DNA of 64,000 bases, taken from positions 7,337-71,336 of the forward strand of contig DAXZ01000053.1 in assembly GCA_002506665.1 (NCBI GenBank). The letters are read 5' to 3'. The translations under genes and the position numbers were made by a program. Positions 18,889 to 29,096 of this stretch are shown here, in pieces. This DNA is from Nitrosopumilus sp. UBA526. Lineage in GTDB: Archaea; Thermoproteota; Nitrososphaeria; Nitrososphaerales; Nitrosopumilaceae. How positions within the stretch are numbered: the stretch's first letter is position 1; each line of letters starts with the position of its first letter. Under the pieces are notes generated by a model, which was given only the letters and a program-made list of their open reading frames with translations, did no database searches and was not told the origin of the DNA.

Positions 18889-19353
18889 CTAGAGGGCGTT
18901 TGCAGTTTTTTCGTAATAGTATTCTTGTTTCTTTAAATCCTTCTCTGAGATGATTCTGCATTTTCGTATTGGAACTAGTCTTGAAATCTGCTCATATGTG
19001 GCCATGTCTCTGACGTCAGCAGCATATGCTATCTGTAGCAAGGGTGCCCTCTCCTCAATCATTGGTTTTACCTGCGCATATCCCCCGCTCTGCCTCATCC
19101 CGGTTCTAAACAATCCCAAACGTCTATCATTTTTTGAAACCTGCGGGTCTTGATAACAACAAATGGCAAACTCATCCCCTTCTTTTTCAATAATTGTCAG
19201 CCGGGTAAACTTGTCGCTCCAGTCCTCTATCTCTTTTGCAATCTCAAGTGCCTCCTTTTTGTCCTCAAAGACTGTTGAGACTACCAATCTATTTTTCTCA
19301 TATGCCCATGAGATTCCATAAAAATTATCCTTCCAGTTAATCTCCAGTGACAT
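18889..19353 (-). CDS. Hypothetical protein
   Basis: 154-aa ORF. Confidence 0.65.
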   Translation of the reverse strand: MSLEINWKDNFYGISWAYEKNRLVVSTVFEDKKEALEIAKEIEDWSDKFTRLTIIEKEGDEFAICCYQDPQVSKNDRRLGLFRTGMRQSGGYAQVKPMIEERAPLLQIAYAADVRDMATYEQISRLVPIRKCRIISEKDLKKQEYYYEKTANAL

Positions 19354-19422
19354 GTCTTGTGTGGGAGAATTAACAAATTAATGCTTTCTAATTACCTGTC
19401 AGGTTGACTAGGGGGGGGATGA

Positions 19423-19785
19423 TTATTTTCTCTTGGACTGTTCCTTGTATTTTTCATACTTTCTCTTTCTCTCAAAGTCTAAAATGGCATAGGTCTTTCC
19501 AGACTCGCAGATCTTCATCTCGCCAGAGTGCATATCATGGATTGATTCAAACAGCCCGCTACACAACAACTCGCCTACAACGCTCCATGCGGTATCTTCT
19601 GAAACATCAAATTTGTAAGATATGGTTGATACCTTGGTAAAGAATCCATTTTGTGAATTTCTGCGTATAAATCTCTCAACTTTCTGTTCTGTTGTCAGAT
19701 TAGGCTCTCGTTTCTTAAAGAACCTCTTGTGTGTCTTTTTTGCGTACATATCCCTTTCTTGCATCTTAGCTGTCATAAGTATCAT
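19423..19785 (-). CDS. Hypothetical protein, possible winged helix
   Basis: 120-aa ORF with HTH-like ISYKFDVSEDTAWSVVGEL. Confidence 0.6.
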   Translation of the reverse strand: MILMTAKMQERDMYAKKTHKRFFKKREPNLTTEQKVERFIRRNSQNGFFTKVSTISYKFDVSEDTAWSVVGELLCSGLFESIHDMHSGEMKICESGKTYAILDFERKRKYEKYKEQSKRK

Positions 19786-20371
19786 CGATCACATACGAAT
19801 ATGTGTTTCCGGGCTCGTATACGTCTCCTAGCTTGGCCTTCATCTCTTCGTCAAACTCTTCTTGTAATCTTTGACAATACATCTTAGCTTCTGTCTCGTC
19901 ATCTGGAATCCCGATGTTTATGTCATAATTGAACCCAAATGCTAGATGATAAAACTCGGCAAAAAATTCTCTACAGTCAAACAGGTCTGCTTTTTCATCA
20001 ACTGATACTACAAAACATTCATCTTCAATTCTCATGCTAAGACAGATCTCGTTTTGTATGGCTACCCCGGCCATCACTGTTGCTATATATGCCACATACT
20101 TTTCATCTAATTTGCCTTGGCTCTTGTTTGCAATCCACAGCTCATAGCCCTCTGTCAGATCCTCTAGCGTTCTAATTGCTGTTTCCCGAATAAATGCGTC
20201 CGGATACGACATTTTTGAATTCCAGGATTCAAAACTGTTTGGTTTTGCACAAACTGCATCAAATGTCAGCTCGGGGTTGGAATCCTCAAACTTTTGTGCT
20301 TGTTTGTTAGTCCACATTGGCGAGAATTTTTGTACTAGTTTTTTTGTTCTCTGATCCAACAAAACCACCAT
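19766..20371 (-). CDS. Hypothetical acidic protein
   Basis: 201-aa ORF overlapping the next gene. Confidence 0.65.
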   Translation of the reverse strand: MVVLLDQRTKKLVQKFSPMWTNKQAQKFEDSNPELTFDAVCAKPNSFESWNSKMSYPDAFIRETAIRTLEDLTEGYELWIANKSQGKLDEKYVAYIATVMAGVAIQNEICLSMRIEDECFVVSVDEKADLFDCREFFAEFYHLAFGFNYDINIGIPDDETEAKMYCQRLQEEFDEEMKAKLGDVYEPGNTYSYVIDDTYDS

Positions 20372-20401
20372 CTACCATCTACTGTTTAATCGTATCTCTT
20401 T

Positions 20402-20623
20402 CTAACTTGACATTCCTGATTTTAAAAATTCAAGTGCACATTCTGCTAGTCCCTGCTTGGAGTGTTTGTTAATGTCATGTTTGCAGTTTGGACAAACCCC
20501 CGAGTCTTCTGGTACATCTCCGACTTGTTTCATGCAACACTCCATTAGCTCCTCAGTCGAGTGGGACTCCATGGCAAGCTTGCAAGTTGGGCACTGAGTC
20601 AATGATACTAGTGATAATATCAT
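20402..20623 (-). CDS. Small protein with two CxxC-x6-H-x7-C repeats
   Basis: CPTCKLAMESHSTEELMEC and CPNCKHDINKHSKQGLAEC. Confidence 0.75.
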   Translation of the reverse strand: MILSLVSLTQCPTCKLAMESHSTEELMECCMKQVGDVPEDSGVCPNCKHDINKHSKQGLAECALEFLKSGMSS

Positions 20624-20985
20624 TGCTATTAAATCATAATTCTAGTTTCTTGGCCACAGATGAACTGGTAATTCGTGCTAAATAATATCACGAAATTACC
20701 TGGTCATCCATCCCTTTTGTGGCAATGACAATTATTGTCAAATTTGTTTAAAGCAAAAAAAGTATGTTCAAATTAACAACAAAGTAAAAAAAATGAGCAA
20801 AATCCCCCTTTCCCAGTCAGACTAGCTAAACAAGAGAATCAGGCCCACTGCAAGGGCTATTACTGAAACAGACATCCAAATCATAAATTTTCGCAGCATT
20901 ATGATGATTATCATGCCACTAAAATTAATAGTTTGTAGATGACTCTGATTAAACTCTATTATTATCAATAAAGTGATCATCCATT

Positions 20986-21516
20986 ATGGATAATACTCTG
21001 GAATGGACTCCACATCTTGCCCTAAAGTGGTCTGATTTTCAAGCCGAATCAAATCCTGCAGTCTTTGAGGATTCGCACAGTGTCATAAAATATCGATTTA
21101 CATGGACTGTAAACTCTGATAGTGTGAATGACAAGATAGTCTTTATCATCAAAGACATCAATCTCTTTGTAGAATTTCATTCCATGCTGTCTTGGATGAG
21201 GCCGTCTGAACTAGATGCATCATTACTGTGTCATGAACAAGGAAACTTTGATCTAGCAGAGTCTGTTAAACGTGAAAATCTCTCAGCGCTTTACACAAAG
21301 TTTTACACAAGACATTTCCCTACCCGTGGTCAAAACGAGGAACAAAGCAAGCAGTTTGCAAAAGAGGATTCTGGCAAGATGATTGACCGCACAGTTCAAA
21401 CAATACAATCAATGTTTGATAAGAGATCTCTGAAATATCGTACAGATACGAATCACGGTCAGAATACCAAACGGCAATCAGAATACGACATGTTATTCAA
21501 ACAGCTAAGAGTGTAA
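20986..21516 (+). CDS. DUF922-like putative Zn metalloprotease
   Basis: LKWSDFQ, SWMRP, LLCHEQGNFDLAE, TNHGQN. Confidence 0.75.
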   Translation: MDNTLEWTPHLALKWSDFQAESNPAVFEDSHSVIKYRFTWTVNSDSVNDKIVFIIKDINLFVEFHSMLSWMRPSELDASLLCHEQGNFDLAESVKRENLSALYTKFYTRHFPTRGQNEEQSKQFAKEDSGKMIDRTVQTIQSMFDKRSLKYRTDTNHGQNTKRQSEYDMLFKQLRV

Positions 21517-21536
21517 CAGTCATATTTGTAGGACAT

Positions 21537-21854
21537 TTAGTTTGTCTCTACTTTAATCTCAGAGTTACATGCAGGAGTTTTGCCGGTTTCCTCCTCAAAG
21601 TCTGCAATTAACCGCAATTGCATCTCTTTTGGATTCTCTTCAAATACCCTTTGATATGCCGAGGTGCGCTGCATGCATTCTTTGCCATCAAATTCTGTAT
21701 CCACATATCCTGCAAATGTCTTTTCAAGATTATCTGTCTCCCCGATGTATATTGGATCTTTGTTTCTATTGTACAAAACATATACTCCCGGGTTTGGTTT
21801 TACGAATTTGGCACTAGTGGTCCAAACCCTCATCTTGTCATCTAGCAGTTCCAT
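21537..21854 (-). CDS. GIY-YIG-like small protein
   Basis: PGVYVL...IYIGET. Confidence 0.75.
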   Translation of the reverse strand: MELLDDKMRVWTTSAKFVKPNPGVYVLYNRNKDPIYIGETDNLEKTFAGYVDTEFDGKECMQRTSAYQRVFEENPKEMQLRLIADFEEETGKTPACNSEIKVETN

Positions 21855-21909
21855 GTTATCTTGGGAATTCTACTAGATATTAAACTAGAGTATATCGTCC
21901 CAACAACTC

Positions 21910-23625
21910 ATGCTTTTAATACGGAATACAGATAGCCAAGTATTGGCATTAATAGAAAAATTTCCTCACCACTTTACTCCGCGAGACATCCAAAAGGAGA
22001 TTCTCGCCCAAATTGAAGAAAAGATTAGATCGGGATTCAAAAAGATCGTCCTGTGTGCTCCTACCGGGGTCGGAAAATCCCTTGTTGGTGCAACCCTCTC
22101 AAATCACTTTGATAGCTCTTTTACTGTAACTGCATCAAAACACCTCCAGGATCAATATGTGCGAGATGTTCCGTTTCTCAAACCCGTCAAAGGCAAATCA
22201 AATTTTCCATGTCTCCAACTAATGTCTGCAAAAAAAATCACAGATGATAGGGATGCCATGAGACGTGGGCTGACCTGCAATTATGGCATGTGTCTTGAAA
22301 AAATCAACAAAGGCGGCAAGGAGATTATAACCCCCTGCAAATTCAAACCTACAATACAGCAAGTCGAAGAAAACTCTCCTGACCTGCCGCCATGTCACTA
22401 TTACATACAAAAGTATGAGGCCCTTGTATCAAAGCACTCTCTTTGGAATTACTCTGCATTTTTTACAATTATAAAGTTCAACAAGAAATTCTTTGAGAAG
22501 TATCTTAACCGAAAGGTATCTGTGTTTGATGAGGCCCACAAGATTGAGGATCAGATAATCCAGTTTGTTGGATTTGACATCTATGCTGCCCAGATAAATG
22601 ACTGTAATCTTGATTTAGAAAGATACGATTTTACTGACATTGACTCCATGTCAAAGCTGGTTGACGATATGTCCTATTCTTATGCTAAACGCCTACATGA
22701 TATAAAAGAGAGGGACACATTTGAGGATAATCCTGACTATAAACAAATCACTAGCCTGGAGCAGCGATACAACAAGTCCGCACAGGCAAGAATTGACATT
22801 ACAGATGACAAAGATAACTTTGTAGTAAATGATCCTGTCCGGGATCTTGATGGAAACATCAAAATCATATCCATAAAGCCAATTGATGTCTCAAAGTTTG
22901 CGGGCTCTTTCTTTGAGACAGAATACCAGCTATTCATGTCTGCAACGATTGACAAATCAAGCTTTTGTGAAAATATGGGACTGCAAAAAGATGATGTGGC
23001 ATTTGTTGATACCAAAAAATCACCATTCCCGCTAGAGCACAGAACAGTTGATCTCTTAAACATCAAGAGTCTGCGGTATGGTTCTACTGAAGAAGATGAG
23101 CGCGAGGTGATAAAGACGATTGACAGAATTATGGATGAACACTCTGATCACCGTGGCCTGATTCTGACCTCGTCTATTCCAAGATGCCAAAAGATCATTA
23201 GGTATCTGTCTCCTAAAAATACCCGGCGAATAAGACTCTGTCACAGCAGGAACCGGGATGGAAAAACCCAAGATGAGGTAATTGCAGAGCATGCCTCTGA
23301 CCCTACGGGTGTCTTACTGTCCTCGTCACTCTGGGAGGGTGTTGACCTAAAAGATGATTTATCAAGATTTCAAATAATTGCAAAGGTTCCATATCCAAAC
23401 TATGCTGAAAAGCGAGTCCGTGTTAAAATGAAAAAATTTCCACTATGGTATACCTCTCAAACCCTAGTCAAGATCCTGCAAGGATTTGGGCGTTCCATAA
23501 GAAGCAGTGATGACTGGGCAAAAACATATGTCTTGGATGGTGCCATAGATAATCTCTTTCACAAGGGACTAGAAATGATTCCAAGGGCATACTATGATGT
23601 CTTGGGGATAGGCGTAACACGATAA
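21910..23625 (+). CDS. Rad3/DinG-family SF2 helicase
   Basis: APTGVGKS, Fe-S-type Cys, DEAH, MSAT, EGVD, QGFGRSIRS. Confidence 0.92.
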   Translation: MLLIRNTDSQVLALIEKFPHHFTPRDIQKEILAQIEEKIRSGFKKIVLCAPTGVGKSLVGATLSNHFDSSFTVTASKHLQDQYVRDVPFLKPVKGKSNFPCLQLMSAKKITDDRDAMRRGLTCNYGMCLEKINKGGKEIITPCKFKPTIQQVEENSPDLPPCHYYIQKYEALVSKHSLWNYSAFFTIIKFNKKFFEKYLNRKVSVFDEAHKIEDQIIQFVGFDIYAAQINDCNLDLERYDFTDIDSMSKLVDDMSYSYAKRLHDIKERDTFEDNPDYKQITSLEQRYNKSAQARIDITDDKDNFVVNDPVRDLDGNIKIISIKPIDVSKFAGSFFETEYQLFMSATIDKSSFCENMGLQKDDVAFVDTKKSPFPLEHRTVDLLNIKSLRYGSTEEDEREVIKTIDRIMDEHSDHRGLILTSSIPRCQKIIRYLSPKNTRRIRLCHSRNRDGKTQDEVIAEHASDPTGVLLSSSLWEGVDLKDDLSRFQIIAKVPYPNYAEKRVRVKMKKFPLWYTSQTLVKILQGFGRSIRSSDDWAKTYVLDGAIDNLFHKGLEMIPRAYYDVLGIGVTR

Positions 23626-23626
23626 A

Positions 23627-23824
23627 CTATCTCCTGTCTGCACACATGCATCTTACATAGACTATCTTGAACTCTCCGCCTGTCTTTACATTGTGTGAGA
23701 TTGGTCTGTGGCACTGCTGGCATTCAATGAATCCAAAGTACTCATCAACTCGGATTATCTTGTAATCCCATGACTTTTTCTCCTCATTCCAAAACACGGA
23801 ATTTATCTCAGACGGTCCATTCAT
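23627..23824 (-). CDS. Small Cys-containing protein
   Basis: CQQC...CMC. Confidence 0.65.
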   Translation of the reverse strand: MNGPSEINSVFWNEEKKSWDYKIIRVDEYFGFIECQQCHRPISHNVKTGGEFKIVYVRCMCADRR

Positions 23825-23858
23825 GCTTGTATGTTGGGGTTGTGGGGGGTTTGTTAAT

Positions 23859-24068
23859 TTATGGATTCATATTCTTTAGTTCAACACATTTTGAATCAAA
23901 CTCGTCTAAATACTGCCTTGCATTAATCCTGGGATCCATGACATATATCTCACAGGTATCAGAGTCAATTCTCTGAGCAACATTGCTGTTACTTGTTGCC
24001 TGCAAGGCCAATATGGCCACAAGCGCAATGATTATAATTACTGCAAATTTTCTCGAGTAAATATCCAC
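23859..24068 (-). CDS. Small membrane-anchored or secreted protein
   Basis: N-terminal hydrophobic helix and a Cys pair. Confidence 0.65.
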   Translation of the reverse strand: MDIYSRKFAVIIIIALVAILALQATSNSNVAQRIDSDTCEIYVMDPRINARQYLDEFDSKCVELKNMNP

Positions 24069-24269
24069 ACATCTCTTTAATGATTCTAAACTTAAGTTTG
24101 ATCATTTGGGACAGGTATAATCTCATAAAATATCATTGAAAACCAGCTCTGTTTTGTATCATTCATAATTTAAATAACGTTTAGACAAATTCCGGAGATA
24201 GAAATTAACATGACACGGATACCCCCATCACTGAAACCAAAATCCCGATTATCCACCATCATCAAACTA

Positions 24270-25088
24270 ATGAAGAAACAGCCACTGATTTGCACTACTA
24301 TTCTTGCACCTACATACGGGGTATTCCTCTCAAAAGCCAAGAGGGCATATAGTGCCGGTTCTGATATGGCAGAATTGAGAATTGATTCATTAAACAATCA
24401 ATCCCCAGAGACTGTCAAAAAAATAATTGCTGATTCTCGCATTCCTCTAATTGTCAGTAACAGAAACAAAGAAAATCACGGCCTCTGTCCCAGCAAAAAT
24501 GAACAAACAAGACTCGGTTTGTTGTCTGAGTGTATCAAAGCAAAACCCTCGTTTGTTGACATTGAACTAGAAACTGATAGACACGACCGTACAGCGATCA
24601 TAGATGATGCCAAAAATAACAGGGTGGGTGTAATCTGCTCTTATCATGACTTTGCGCGTACCCCCTCTTCCAAAGAAATAATCAAAATCTTTAAAAAAAT
24701 AATCAATACAGCGCCCGATGTTGCAAAGATGGTATTTACCCCACATACAAAAAAAGACATTGAAAACATACTGCATGCAGTTGAACATCTAAGACATGAA
24801 AAAACACCCTCAACGATATTTGGGATGGGGAACATGGGACAAGATACCAGAATACTCTCGCCCATCTTGGGTTCTTGTCTGACATACTGTTCGCTAAAAG
24901 CCGACCCGACAAACGGATTATCCCAAATATCTGTCAAAGACACCCGTGCGATATTTGATATTCTCATAAAACAAAAGCGAGGGTGGACGTCAGTCAGACA
25001 AGAACACAGAGAGTTACTTGCACTAGCAATTACTGAATTTATGAGCAAGGAAAACTATCCATTTATTGGCAGACTAGTTAATGTCTAA
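24270..25088 (+). CDS. aroD: Type I 3-dehydroquinate dehydratase
   Basis: ELRID, DIEL, SYHDF, DVAKM, MGNMG..TRI; start 24270 or 24210. Confidence 0.8.
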   Translation: MKKQPLICTTILAPTYGVFLSKAKRAYSAGSDMAELRIDSLNNQSPETVKKIIADSRIPLIVSNRNKENHGLCPSKNEQTRLGLLSECIKAKPSFVDIELETDRHDRTAIIDDAKNNRVGVICSYHDFARTPSSKEIIKIFKKIINTAPDVAKMVFTPHTKKDIENILHAVEHLRHEKTPSTIFGMGNMGQDTRILSPILGSCLTYCSLKADPTNGLSQISVKDTRAIFDILIKQKRGWTSVRQEHRELLALAITEFMSKENYPFIGRLVNV

Positions 25089-25100
25089 TTTTATATGAGA

Positions 25101-26096
25101 TTATTCTATCTTTGAGATCTCGTAAATCTTTTGCCTTGCATCTCTGATGGAGACCTTTTTCTTGACATAGCCTTTCTTTAGCAGGTGGCTTAGTGCCAAT
25201 CTGACTGTTCTGCCGGGAAGAAGCGTCTTGTTTACCAGATCCTTTTGAGTCAATGCCCCCTCATACTCGAGAGTTTTTAGTAAAAGCTTTGAGCTTGGCG
25301 GCATGCTAAGCAACGCTTCTGCTAGGTGCACCTTTTTTGCAAGGACGGAGATTGCAGTCCTGTCTTTTTTGAGTCGGATTATCTTGGCTGATGGGAAAAA
25401 CTGTGTACACTCTACAGTCTTGTTTACCTTGTACCTGTCTAGTCCATCTAGAACTACCTCGCAGTGCAGTCTGGCAGATATGTCATCAATTACAATTGAG
25501 CTGTCATTTGAAACAATGATGGGTCTGCGAGTAATATCAAGTGAGTTGACTGAGATAATCTCAAAGACTGCCGAGTCTTGAAACAATATGGGGCCGCCTG
25601 CAGACATGGAATATGCCGACGAACCAATCGGTGTAGATACTATTATCCCGTCTCCGTTATCATGCCAGACCTCGTCTTCATTTACTCGAAGTGTATGCTC
25701 CATAAGCATCGCACTCTTTGATGCAAATACTGCAACGTCATTTAGTACAGGATATGCATTTTTTCCATCAATCTTAACACCAAGCCTTGGCACCTCCTCT
25801 ACTTCATATTTTTGTCTCTTGAGTACATTGACAAATGTTGCAAACTCTCTGAGCTCAATCTGTGCTAGAAACCCTACGGCTTCGCCTTCACTGACCCCTA
25901 ATACTGGCACCATAGAATCAGACGTGTTGTGAAAATAATTTCGTACACCCCTGTCCCCGCCTAACACGATGATGCAGTCAGCTTGTCTGCTCTTTTTTGT
26001 AACTAAAAATGACTTTATCTCGTATTCGTCTAGAATCTTTTTGATGCTCTTTGCTGCATGCTCTGCAATACCTGCACCGTAAATGCCTATCTGCAT
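25101..26096 (-). CDS. NAD kinase-like protein with C-terminal HTH
   Basis: LGGD, LND, DGIIVSTPIGSSAYSMSAGGP. Confidence 0.88.
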   Translation of the reverse strand: MQIGIYGAGIAEHAAKSIKKILDEYEIKSFLVTKKSRQADCIIVLGGDRGVRNYFHNTSDSMVPVLGVSEGEAVGFLAQIELREFATFVNVLKRQKYEVEEVPRLGVKIDGKNAYPVLNDVAVFASKSAMLMEHTLRVNEDEVWHDNGDGIIVSTPIGSSAYSMSAGGPILFQDSAVFEIISVNSLDITRRPIIVSNDSSIVIDDISARLHCEVVLDGLDRYKVNKTVECTQFFPSAKIIRLKKDRTAISVLAKKVHLAEALLSMPPSSKLLLKTLEYEGALTQKDLVNKTLLPGRTVRLALSHLLKKGYVKKKVSIRDARQKIYEISKIE

Positions 26097-26136
26097 AGAG
26101 GAGATATCTCATCAGGCTTTATAAAAGAATCATACA

Positions 26137-27009
26137 TTATCGCAGATCCCGGAACCTGACCAAATTATAAAAATATGATGCATTAGTCTGAATGGTGCTT
26201 TTTTTAGGAATCTTTTGCAGGCCAACATTCTGTGACTCGAGTGCGGCCTGCACCGCCCCTCCTGCAAAACACAGTGCCCACAAAAAGTCTTTCTCTTTGA
26301 GCATTGTACATGTAAATGCAGAGCAAAAAATATCCCCAACTCCTGTAGTGTCATGAATCCGTTTGTTGGGCAGTGTGATGGTGTAAACCTTGTCTTTGAC
26401 TAACAACGAGATGTCTGTCTTGTCAGTTAGTACCACATACTCGACCCCCTTTTTTTGCAGTGCTACCATTATCTCATCATGTGTTCCATCTACCATTTGA
26501 TGGGCCTCTTTGGTACTTACCTTGATTGCATTAACGCAGGACAAGTCAAGGTCGGTCTTTTTTAGATAAACGTTATTCTGAGTGTCTTTTTGTCTTAGAA
26601 ATCCCTGCGGATCAACAAACAAAAAATTCGAGTCATCTTTTATCTTTTGTATGGTGCTCCCTGCTATCTCGTGATATAACGGACTCAGAATATGAGCGTC
26701 GGCATCACATTTGACATACTCTATCTCTTCGCATTGATTCTCTAGTTTTAGTGTCCTGTCCGTACCTGTAATGGAGATGGCAAACCTTGTGGTGTTTTGT
26801 TTTGACTGTGCATCACCAAGATGAATCTTTTGTTCTGACAGATACTGCTTTGGAAAGTCAGGGCCAAACTTTGTAAACAACTCGACATCAAACTTGAACT
26901 GCCTTGCAGTAATTCCGCAGTAGCATGCCGCACCGCCTATCTGTTCGTATGTGCCGCCATTTACCGTTATCGTATCTATTGAACAGTGCGCAAATACAGC
27001 TATCTTCAT
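26137..27009 (-). CDS. PfkB-family carbohydrate kinase
   Basis: IGGAA, DPQGF, DTTGVGD; likely start MKIAVF. Confidence 0.88.
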   Translation of the reverse strand: MKIAVFAHCSIDTITVNGGTYEQIGGAACYCGITARQFKFDVELFTKFGPDFPKQYLSEQKIHLGDAQSKQNTTRFAISITGTDRTLKLENQCEEIEYVKCDADAHILSPLYHEIAGSTIQKIKDDSNFLFVDPQGFLRQKDTQNNVYLKKTDLDLSCVNAIKVSTKEAHQMVDGTHDEIMVALQKKGVEYVVLTDKTDISLLVKDKVYTITLPNKRIHDTTGVGDIFCSAFTCTMLKEKDFLWALCFAGGAVQAALESQNVGLQKIPKKSTIQTNASYFYNLVRFRDLR

Positions 27010-27034
27010 CTCTTTGGCTGGGTCTGGTATGGAT

Positions 27035-27142
27035 TTAGTTTTTTGCATTAGTTTTAGCCAGGCAGTCCCGGCATAGAATGCCCCCCTTGACTGTTACCAC
27101 CTCTATGCCTGAACGGTAACAGACATGACACAGTCCTCGCAT
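27035..27142 (-). CDS. 35-aa Zn-finger microprotein (MRGLCHVCYRSGIEVVTVKGGILCRDCLAKTNAKN; not in ORF track)
   Basis: Two CxxC motifs; ends 25 nt before the PfkB start. Confidence 0.7.
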   Translation of the reverse strand: MRGLCHVCYRSGIEVVTVKGGILCRDCLAKTNAKN

Positions 27143-27256
27143 GGGTTATCTGTGTCTGATCTAGGATTAAAACATGTATGGAAATCTAGTTCCCTAGACC
27201 CGTAAATCTAGGAAAAATTCTACAAGAATATAAAGAGGCAGATTCCGTTTATGGAC

Positions 27257-27544
27257 ATGCCACTCAAACGAGCAAGCCGGGGACGTACCAAGGGAGGCAA
27301 AGGCTCCTCAGGTGTCGTGCAATGCACAAACTGTGGGCAGACAGTCCCAAAGGACAAGGCAAAAAAGGTCACATCAAGACTAAACCTAGTAGAGCATACT
27401 CTGGCCAAAGAACTGCGTGCACAAGGAGCATACATTGCATCCCCGACTGTTCTAAAACACTATTGCATCTCATGTGCGATTCATTTCAAGATTCTAAAGA
27501 TTAGATCTGCAGATAGCCGGAGAAAGCGTGGAAAACTCCGCTAG
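27257..27544 (+). CDS. rps26e: 30S ribosomal protein S26e
   Basis: MPLKRASRGR, CTNCGQTVPKDKA, YCISCAIH. Confidence 0.95.
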   Translation: MPLKRASRGRTKGGKGSSGVVQCTNCGQTVPKDKAKKVTSRLNLVEHTLAKELRAQGAYIASPTVLKHYCISCAIHFKILKIRSADSRRKRGKLR

Positions 27545-28113
27545 TCTCTGATATTTTTTACAGTAAATGCCATTCTCTGAACCAGTGTAACTCCGGCAAT
27601 TACTACAACAATGATTAGTGCATACTCTATAAACCCCGCAATACCTACTAGTGCAATAACAAGCAACCTCTCTGCCCTCTCACCAATTCCAATCCCCCGA
27701 AGCTTGATGCCGATAATATCTGATTTTGCTCTAGCATAGCTTACAAGCAGCGACAATCCCATTGCAAGCAGTACCAGATATGGTTCCGCGTATCCCCCTA
27801 TCATTATTCCTAACAATATTGCGACTTCGGCAATCTTGTCAGACATTGAATCAAGATATTCACCTTTCTTTGATGTCTTTGCTGTGACTCTTGCCACCTG
27901 TCCGTCTACCATGTCAAAGAATCCAGATACCAGCAGCAAGACACCTCCTATGATCAAGCCAAACTCGATTCCCATTCCATATACTAGTGCTGAGACTAGT
28001 GCAAACCCAAGACCTATGCCGGTCCAAAAGTTGGCAGGCAGTCCTGTTGATGCAAACCCCCGTCCCATCTTTTCAAGTGCAGGACGCAACGTATCTCTGA
28101 GATTATTTAGCAC
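27541..28113 (-). CDS. CDP-alcohol phosphatidyltransferase (archaetidylinositol phosphate synthase-like)
   Basis: DMVDGQVAR..G..LD...D. Confidence 0.88.
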   Translation of the reverse strand: MLNNLRDTLRPALEKMGRGFASTGLPANFWTGIGLGFALVSALVYGMGIEFGLIIGGVLLLVSGFFDMVDGQVARVTAKTSKKGEYLDSMSDKIAEVAILLGIMIGGYAEPYLVLLAMGLSLLVSYARAKSDIIGIKLRGIGIGERAERLLVIALVGIAGFIEYALIIVVVIAGVTLVQRMAFTVKNIRD

Positions 28114-28213
28114 GAGATCCCCTCAAAGTACCATCTAATAAAGCAAGTAGGAACAACTGTATTAAAATCAAAGTAAAAATCCCTCAAAAACCCTGTGTGG
28201 ATATGTGCATATG

Positions 28214-29089
28214 TTATTTAGAACTCTGGGATTGATTGATTGCCACAAGCGTCGAGATTATCTTTGCTGCAAGAACAGCAGTAGCACCGTTGTCATGATA
28301 CGGGTTTAGCTCCACAATGTCTGCCCCAGTAACGCTGGCATTCTCAAAGACATGAATCATATCAAAGAGTTCTCTAGATGTAATTCCAACGGCTTCGGGA
28401 TTGCCCACACCTGGCGCAAAGGCGGGGTCTAGTACGTCTAGATCAAAACTAGCATATATGGAATCAAACGTGGATATGTGATCTTTTAAGAGCCCCGGAC
28501 CATCCCCGTCTCTTATCTGTCTGTCTGAGATGGTCTTTATCTTGTTCTCTACAAGAAACTCGAGTTCTTCTTTGACAAATGCCCTTGCACCCACATGTAA
28601 CATGTTCTCAGCCCCCCTCTCCTCTACGATTCTTTTCAGGTATGATGCATGGCCGTATCTTGTATTTGTAAATTCTTCTCGCATGTCATAATGGGCATCA
28701 AAGACGACATACCCCGTATCCTTGGGAAAGCTCGTATATGTGCCATATGTGATTGAATGCTCACCACCCAAGATGATAATCTGCCTCTCTTCTGAGACGA
28801 GTTCTGCTGTGATCTTTTTTGCCATCTCAATCATCTCAGATACGCTTACTGTGTGACGAATATTTCCAATGTCTCTAATGTTTGCAGTCTCCAAGTCCAC
28901 CCTGAGCTCGGGATGAAAGATCTCAATGTTGTTAAATGAATCCCGGATTGCGTCAGGGGCGAACCTGCATCCGGGCTTGTACGAGTGTGTGGAATCAAAC
29001 GGAATTCCAAATATTGTAGCAATTGGCTCACCCTCCTTTGAGGATGTAATCGTCGAGTTTTGGTTCATGTACAAATCAATAAAACTCAT
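28214..29089 (-). CDS. speB: Agmatinase
   Basis: GGEHSIT, DAHYD, DLDVLDPAFAPG. Confidence 0.9.
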   Translation of the reverse strand: MSFIDLYMNQNSTITSSKEGEPIATIFGIPFDSTHSYKPGCRFAPDAIRDSFNNIEIFHPELRVDLETANIRDIGNIRHTVSVSEMIEMAKKITAELVSEERQIIILGGEHSITYGTYTSFPKDTGYVVFDAHYDMREEFTNTRYGHASYLKRIVEERGAENMLHVGARAFVKEELEFLVENKIKTISDRQIRDGDGPGLLKDHISTFDSIYASFDLDVLDPAFAPGVGNPEAVGITSRELFDMIHVFENASVTGADIVELNPYHDNGATAVLAAKIISTLVAINQSQSSK

Positions 29090-29096
29090 ATCTCTA

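Noticed and set aside
27070-27122. Interleaved 8-bp stems (GGCATAGA/TCTATGCC and CTGTTACC/GGTAACAG) suggesting a pseudoknot or riboswitch
   Set aside because: The region is better explained by the 35-aa Zn-finger ORF and matches no RNA family I recognise; not strictly excluded
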